Source of the DNA: a virus
Lineage: Duplodnaviria; Heunggongvirae; Uroviricota; Caudoviricetes
Direction: 5' to 3' (one strand)
IMG/VR virus record: IMGVR_UViG_2537562194_000013
DNA: 22,567 bases
The position numbers and the translations under genes were made by a program. Below the pieces are notes generated by a model. The model was not told where the DNA came from and ran no database searches. It worked only from the letters and a program-made list of their open reading frames with translations. This document shows positions 20,101 to 22,567 of the stretch, one piece after another. The first letter of the stretch is position 1. The number at the start of each line of letters is the position of its first letter.

Positions 20101-20904
20101 TACAGCAATAAAGACGAGATCAAACAGTCAATGGACGCTGCAAGCGCGCGCATTGCAGCAGAACGCAAAGCCAATCTGAATCATGCAGTTTCCGCGCTGA
20201 CTCAATCGTGGGTAACAGCAATCAGGGAGGCCGCCACCACAGGAAAAATCACACCGGCAATTGCGGATGTCGTAAACGACGGCTCTAAATTTATGGATGC
20301 CTATAAAATGGATGCGGTGCAGTTGCCATCAGCCTATGGTCAACTCAGCTATCGCATGACCTACAACCTGGTATCAATGTTTTCCGACCTTGCCATCCTT
20401 GGGCTGGTGGATCTTAACGAGGTTACGCCGGAATTGCTCAGCATGCGCAAGAATCATGTGGAGATATTGCAGAGAATTAACACGGTTCTTGCCGGGCGCA
20501 CCGATGAAGAGAAACAGGCCGACGCTGATCGGATAAACCTGGCCCTTGGCAACATCACGGAGGAAGAGATTGCCGCCAGAAACGAGAAACAAGAAGAGTT
20601 ATCATCAATACAGGGTGATGCCACCAGCATAGCTCAGTCTCTTGGTCTGAATTATCGCGTATCCACCGCCGACCTGAAGATGATGTACGCACCAAAATTC
20701 GCCGCTGGCGAGGTATTTGGGCTTCAGGAAGCCTCAGGCATGAAAGGCGTTCTTTTCCGTGCGAAAGACGCAATCAAGGCGAAATTCGGCGCTCGCTGGC
20801 TGCCAGCGAAGGCGAAGAACAGCGATTTCCCGGGTAACTGGTGGATTATCGAGACAAAACACAACGTGGCGGACGTTCTGGCCGTCATCCAACAATACGC
20901 ATAA
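14137..20904 (+). CDS. darB: DarB: N6-adenine methyltransferase / DExH helicase fusion antirestriction protein
   Basis: 2255-aa ORF, which matches my recollection of P1 DarB length. It contains a methyltransferase AdoMet motif I (LEPSAGTGVF), an amino-methyltransferase motif IV (NVPF), helicase Walker A (GFGTGLGKTTTA), a DEGH box, and motif VI (QRNGRGARVG). Confidence 0.95.
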   Translation: MNKLSMGVFRCSSVSEILKYIRAITSHQAPIKYGVEKVEGKSYDRLRREANQKAIDLLNSLVDGATLTDEQRQILAGYTGEGGIGGSVSEYYTPKPIAEGVWEIMKLYGADVGNTLEPSAGTGVFNETKPVGTVMTATEISSVSGRINQLLHPEDSVQISPFEQLAISTPNDSFDHVVGNVPFGGRDNTRNIDKPYAEETDMGSYFMLRMLDKIKPGGFMCVIVPPSIVSGSNMKRLRLRLSRKAEFLGAHRLPTGTFDANGTSTVVDVVLMRKHPAEMAEKIPLVDESTLESANVLWPTFISGKWFEKDGRRFVHGTQEKGFQGRIEVRADGQIDNQALKAKLIHRFESRIDWSLLDMAEPSLTADVVGEGEMRLINGVWQKYAGGRWIEADAGKELKIDAASYGADSWEALQRNLTTTEGRLGMTFTQMANVRDKYTTSISDDMVQLVDWINSQPEKYRERLYRGAMIGRMLIEYQDMKAAGHSAEQIEQQRLSLVSRLQAEIDRFGNPGRGPIAKLSGSGARAWFAFRGAIKLDGTISDELTGKLVTHDSSASYDSTSYQDTLRYLYSDLTRDPIQLDDFRLAFTGELPASDEELLNLLASTPGIAVSPYGGIVPFARATSGDINEIVAPKQEFLATLPDGPVKNNVLNQLAAIEEKRIKTPAENIRFKLNSRWFDRSVILEFLQENGYPDLRYVQSVQLEGDEMVSDTYHGGDGLFVGHRYGVVQRKDKETGEIRYEWDRKSGENATGFPAQLEKYLNGARIGGKDSATANGYREQMALLEDQFNKWIKTHDRYDELVAKYNDVFNSNIPYEHSGDPLGLKGLSGKRQPFDYQNSEVRRLSEDGRGILGFGTGLGKTTTALALEAFNYENGRSTRTAYVVPKSVLENWYYEAKEFLSEEAFSNYLFVGLDVLMDGDQIRQVPVLDENGKPVLGTDGTPVMRDALKLADEATITARMNAIPHSNYRAVVFTKEQYARIPLRDDTVDEHAQDMLYDFVAAGRVASAMDSDSHRKEAARRRVLSEYSDTGTEKAEKYPYFEDMGFDSVIADEGHNYRNSYKNGREASQLAYLPTSAVAQSARDMAIKNAYLMKKNGGRGPVLLTATPVVNTPIDAYNMLSHVLPKEYWQKMGIYGPDDFVKFFGKTRLETVQKISGEVEEKMALVGFENLDALRGIFHRWTTLKTAEDVKDTVEIPELDEHQQDAPLTEEQLAAYEELRQQAEAAAKANNGVTTSVNEDGVIEHEKARPIFSIIRDMDRVCTDMDLYYRRITYRFLPEYADAVQQLADSLPKQATSEDDDSDDSITQQSQYSLIDKGEFIQLQVPEAFEQEVNKRLAKFGIDEQTVTHPVTPKYAKLIATLKEFFPEGKQIIFTDEKTQHQKLKRIICNALNLEPSKVGILNAQTVAEAGKTGKKLKAVKPPKELPDEPTDAQIAKYNEQMALYDAYIAQQNEMSLGGLEKIAADFQEGRTPIIICNKKAEVGINLHRGTTDIHHLTLPWTPASIAQRNGRGARVGSNRASVRVHYYCGKGSFDEYRLKTLKRKAGWISDILRSDKSEMENADANDMIEMQMYTAKDDGERLVMMQVQMDKAKAAKRARQKEQATIDLQNYIKAQHAAGEDVEVLTAELERSKAELEKTTAEVAKFKQAVMAKAADNADWKARWGSVHHTDRTLLAQYRASLKSAIQRKANISQAISRYEKLLNRTQKAATDIKRLRPLVEDAINKGILDVDPDLVNHASEFLVIGDRSWRVGQYYDCAGDIVRIKSLDFDSQRADVEIIFTFKGTKSGNWDVKTLDKQVDVTPDEDAVMQKISGGVSIAGINDIISCDDFYRFQQRGMIKITDSYGVQTTESGYSIDFVGTYTDPLKHAVYPDRRDGALKSSIAKWVLGMMSEGNNRQIRSAETFLVELFGSNYGDVIASYGDTLSPEAIQEKIADAIARMPEKTSQGATRNGDSELEVTNAIFGTNEFRASDYEITTAQFGTIGIYSNKDEIKQSMDAASARIAAERKANLNHAVSALTQSWVTAIREAATTGKITPAIADVVNDGSKFMDAYKMDAVQLPSAYGQLSYRMTYNLVSMFSDLAILGLVDLNEVTPELLSMRKNHVEILQRINTVLAGRTDEEKQADADRINLALGNITEEEIAARNEKQEELSSIQGDATSIAQSLGLNYRVSTADLKMMYAPKFAAGEVFGLQEASGMKGVLFRAKDAIKAKFGARWLPAKAKNSDFPGNWWIIETKHNVADVLAVIQQYA
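14374..15036 (+). other. DarB methyltransferase domain (approximate boundaries)
   Basis: Motif I EPSAGTG is at nt 14482-14505 and motif IV NVPF at nt 14674-14685. Domain limits are estimated by eye. Confidence 0.6.
16669..18696 (+). other. DarB superfamily-2 helicase core (approximate boundaries)
   Basis: Walker A GLGKTT is near nt 16700-16720, DEGH at 17290-17301, and motif VI QRNGRGAR at 18658-18681. Confidence 0.6.
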
Positions 20905-20937
20905 CAGGAGCGCCCGGTTCGCCGGGCGTCGCATAAT
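20905..20937 (+). promoter_or_regulatory. Stable stem-loop (7-bp GC stem, UUCG loop) between a Shine-Dalgarno sequence and the ulx-like start codon
   Basis: AGGAG at 20906-20910; perfect stem CGCCCGG / CCGGGCG at 20911-20917 and 20922-20928 with loop TTCG; ATG at 20938. There is no downstream T-tract, so this is not a classical terminator. Confidence 0.4.
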
Positions 20938-21378
20938 ATGGCCACACTATCTGATACAATAAAACCGAATAAAACATATCTTGAGGCGGTACTCCGTACA
21001 GCGTTGTTAGGAAAGACAGAAGACGAATACGTTGATTTCTTCCTGTCAGGGCTACGCGGGCGATTACTGAAAAATCCCCGCCTGTACCGCAGCTATGGCC
21101 CATACTGGCCGGAAATTAAAAAATTATTACTGGAGCGCGGTTATGGTAATTTCGGTCGTCTCGTTGACCGTGACGTTCGCAAAATTTACCGTTATGACCG
21201 CCCGGCGCTGACGCTCATAGCTGCGACGCTCTACAGCCAGGAGCGTTTTGATAATGGTCAGATATACTCAGCCTGGCATTTACTGCCAGTGCCTGAAGAG
21301 GTTGACGACCAGGACTATGAGTTTGAGTCTTACGATTTGGAAGTTGAAGCCTTGGCACAGGCTGGAGAGAAAACTTGA
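20938..21378 (+). CDS. ulx: Ulx-like protein (darB-associated)
   Basis: 146 aa, immediately downstream of darB and upstream of the 82-aa ORF, as in the P1 darB-ulx-lxc order. The name is assigned by synteny and size only. Confidence 0.5.
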   Translation: MATLSDTIKPNKTYLEAVLRTALLGKTEDEYVDFFLSGLRGRLLKNPRLYRSYGPYWPEIKKLLLERGYGNFGRLVDRDVRKIYRYDRPALTLIAATLYSQERFDNGQIYSAWHLLPVPEEVDDQDYEFESYDLEVEALAQAGEKT

Positions 21379-21623
21379 AGAAGCGATACTACACAGTAAA
21401 GCATGGGACGCTACGAGCATTGCAAGAGTTTGCTGATAAGCATAACGTTGAGGTGCGCAGGGAAGGGGGAAGTAAAGCTCTGCGCATGTACCGTCCTGAC
21501 GGAAAATGGCGGACGGTCGTCGATTTCAAAACTAACAGTGTTCCCCAGGGCGTCCGCGACCGGGCATTCGAAGAATGGGAGCAGATCATCATAGATAACG
21601 CATTGCTCCTGAATGCTGATTAA
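21375..21623 (+). CDS. Small basic protein (82 aa); Lxc/Bof-like by position
   Basis: TTG start at 21375 with GGAGAG 7 nt upstream, overlapping the preceding stop (TTGA). It sits where P1 has lxc, the modulator of C1 repression. Sequence identity to Lxc is not verified. Confidence 0.45.
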   Translation: MKKRYYTVKHGTLRALQEFADKHNVEVRREGGSKALRMYRPDGKWRTVVDFKTNSVPQGVRDRAFEEWEQIIIDNALLLNAD

Positions 21624-21638
21624 ACTTCCCGCCATTTT

Positions 21639-21656
21639 GCCCGGCATCAACCGGGC
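21639..21656. terminator. Hairpin GCCCGG-CATCAA-CCGGGC between convergent genes
   Basis: 6-bp GC stem with a 6-nt loop, followed by ATTCTTCC on the plus strand. The T-tract is weak. Confidence 0.35.
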
Positions 21657-21665
21657 ATTCTTCCA

Positions 21666-22535
21666 TTATTCAGCCGCCACCGGTTTTAACAAGCCAGCAT
21701 CGAGCAGTTTACGCGTCAACCACTGCTGGCCTTTACCCGTTAATTGAGGCGTCAACCGTATCTGGTAGCCATCTTCATCATCCAGCACCACTTCTTTCAC
21801 CGTGAAATACCCCGCGTTGATGTACTGCTGGAACGGCACATTTTTACGTCCACCGGACGCTATCAGGATGCCGTTCTCCCGTAACCAGACAAACAGCGCG
21901 TTTTGCTTAAGTCCAACAACCTTTGCAAAATTCCCAATCAGGATCCCTTTAGCTACTGATACCCGGTCGGCAAAATCGACTTTAGGAGCGGCGGCCACCA
22001 GCTGCTGATTTAGCTGGTGGGCTTTCTGTTCCAGAAGTTGCTTTTGTTCAGCCAGTTCGGCAGCCAGGCGTAGGGCTTCAGGAAGCGTCTGGGGGATTGC
22101 GATCGGTTGCTGTTCTTTTTGTCGGAAGTAGCTGTCTTCCAGTTTTTCAAAGAATGCCCATGCCTGATCGGTTTCGAGCATTTTAGCGTGGCGGGCTGCG
22201 CCGCGTTCTGTCCAGAGGGTGAGTGAGCGAACATTGCGAGCAATTTTTACAGAGTAGTTTAAAGCTACTCTGTGCTTCAACTCGCGCAATGATTCTCCTT
22301 CAACTTTGAAAAAGTGCTTCCCTTCAACAAAGCGTACTTTGTTCTCATGATGATTTTGGCGAATACGGATTGTTTCTGTCCCATACCCTCTAGCAAGAGT
22401 CTCGGTTGTCACTACACGCACTCCCTGCCATTCCAGAACGGGAATTTCATCAGACTGATTCTGAACAACCACCAGCTCCGATTCCTGAACTGAAGGTGCA
22501 TGAATTTTTTCTAATTTAACGTTATTTGCTTTCAT
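21666..22535 (-). CDS. Phage antirepressor-like protein with N-terminal ORF6N domain and C-terminal KilAC/Ant domain
   Basis: 289 aa. ATG 22535 with AAGGAGG 8 nt upstream. N-terminal signature (WQGVRVVTTETLARGYGTETIRIRQNHHENKVRFVEGKHFFKVEGESLRELK) and a C-terminal Ant-type region (FADRVSVAKGILIGNFAKVVGLKQNALFVWLRENGILI) flank a central Gln-rich linker. Confidence 0.75.
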   Translation of the reverse strand: MKANNVKLEKIHAPSVQESELVVVQNQSDEIPVLEWQGVRVVTTETLARGYGTETIRIRQNHHENKVRFVEGKHFFKVEGESLRELKHRVALNYSVKIARNVRSLTLWTERGAARHAKMLETDQAWAFFEKLEDSYFRQKEQQPIAIPQTLPEALRLAAELAEQKQLLEQKAHQLNQQLVAAAPKVDFADRVSVAKGILIGNFAKVVGLKQNALFVWLRENGILIASGGRKNVPFQQYINAGYFTVKEVVLDDEDGYQIRLTPQLTGKGQQWLTRKLLDAGLLKPVAAE

Positions 22536-22567
22536 TCTGTGTGCCTCCTTGCGTGCTTCGGCTGCGA

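Noticed and set aside
14457-20945. Many antisense or out-of-frame track ORFs inside darB (for example 17338..17871, 17054..17395, 18808..19146, 17480..17836)
   Set aside because: They are embedded in a 2255-codon ORF with coherent methyltransferase and helicase motifs, have no start signals, and translate to low-complexity or Arg/Cys-rich sequence.

Overview
This window reads as a segment of a P1-like (Punavirus-type) temperate phage or phage-plasmid from an enterobacterium. All calls come from reading the ORF translations and the DNA by eye; no database search or computation was run, and the P1 gene names rest on recalled motifs, protein sizes and gene order. From left to right: (i) an AT-rich island (1-900) carrying the 5' part of a minus-strand hexapeptide-repeat acetyltransferase gene that runs off the window; (ii) a plus-strand operon (1188-8133) that matches the P1 darA antirestriction/head-morphogenesis operon: lydA (holin), lydB, hdf, darA, ddrA, ddrB and a small very acidic ORF, closed by a strong terminator; (iii) a minus-strand operon (10321-8163) of ssb, a gene with a C-terminal DUF2829 (Tad2-like) domain, and a 262-aa unknown gene, with a near-consensus P1 C1-repressor operator just upstream of ssb; (iv) a SAR-type lysozyme (lyz) followed by a small two-helix membrane ORF; (v) minus-strand head genes pro (protease) and prt (portal); (vi) the 2255-aa methyltransferase-helicase fusion darB, then ulx-like and lxc-like ORFs; (vii) a convergent ORF6N/KilAC antirepressor-like gene at the right edge. 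The Dar system itself is already described for P1. The candidates for something undescribed are the accessory genes between the conserved modules: the Tad2-like two-domain protein with its 262-aa neighbour, the poly-Asp acidic protein ending the dar operon, the small membrane ORF after lyz, and the two variable flanks. No rRNA, tRNA, CRISPR array or IS element was recognised.
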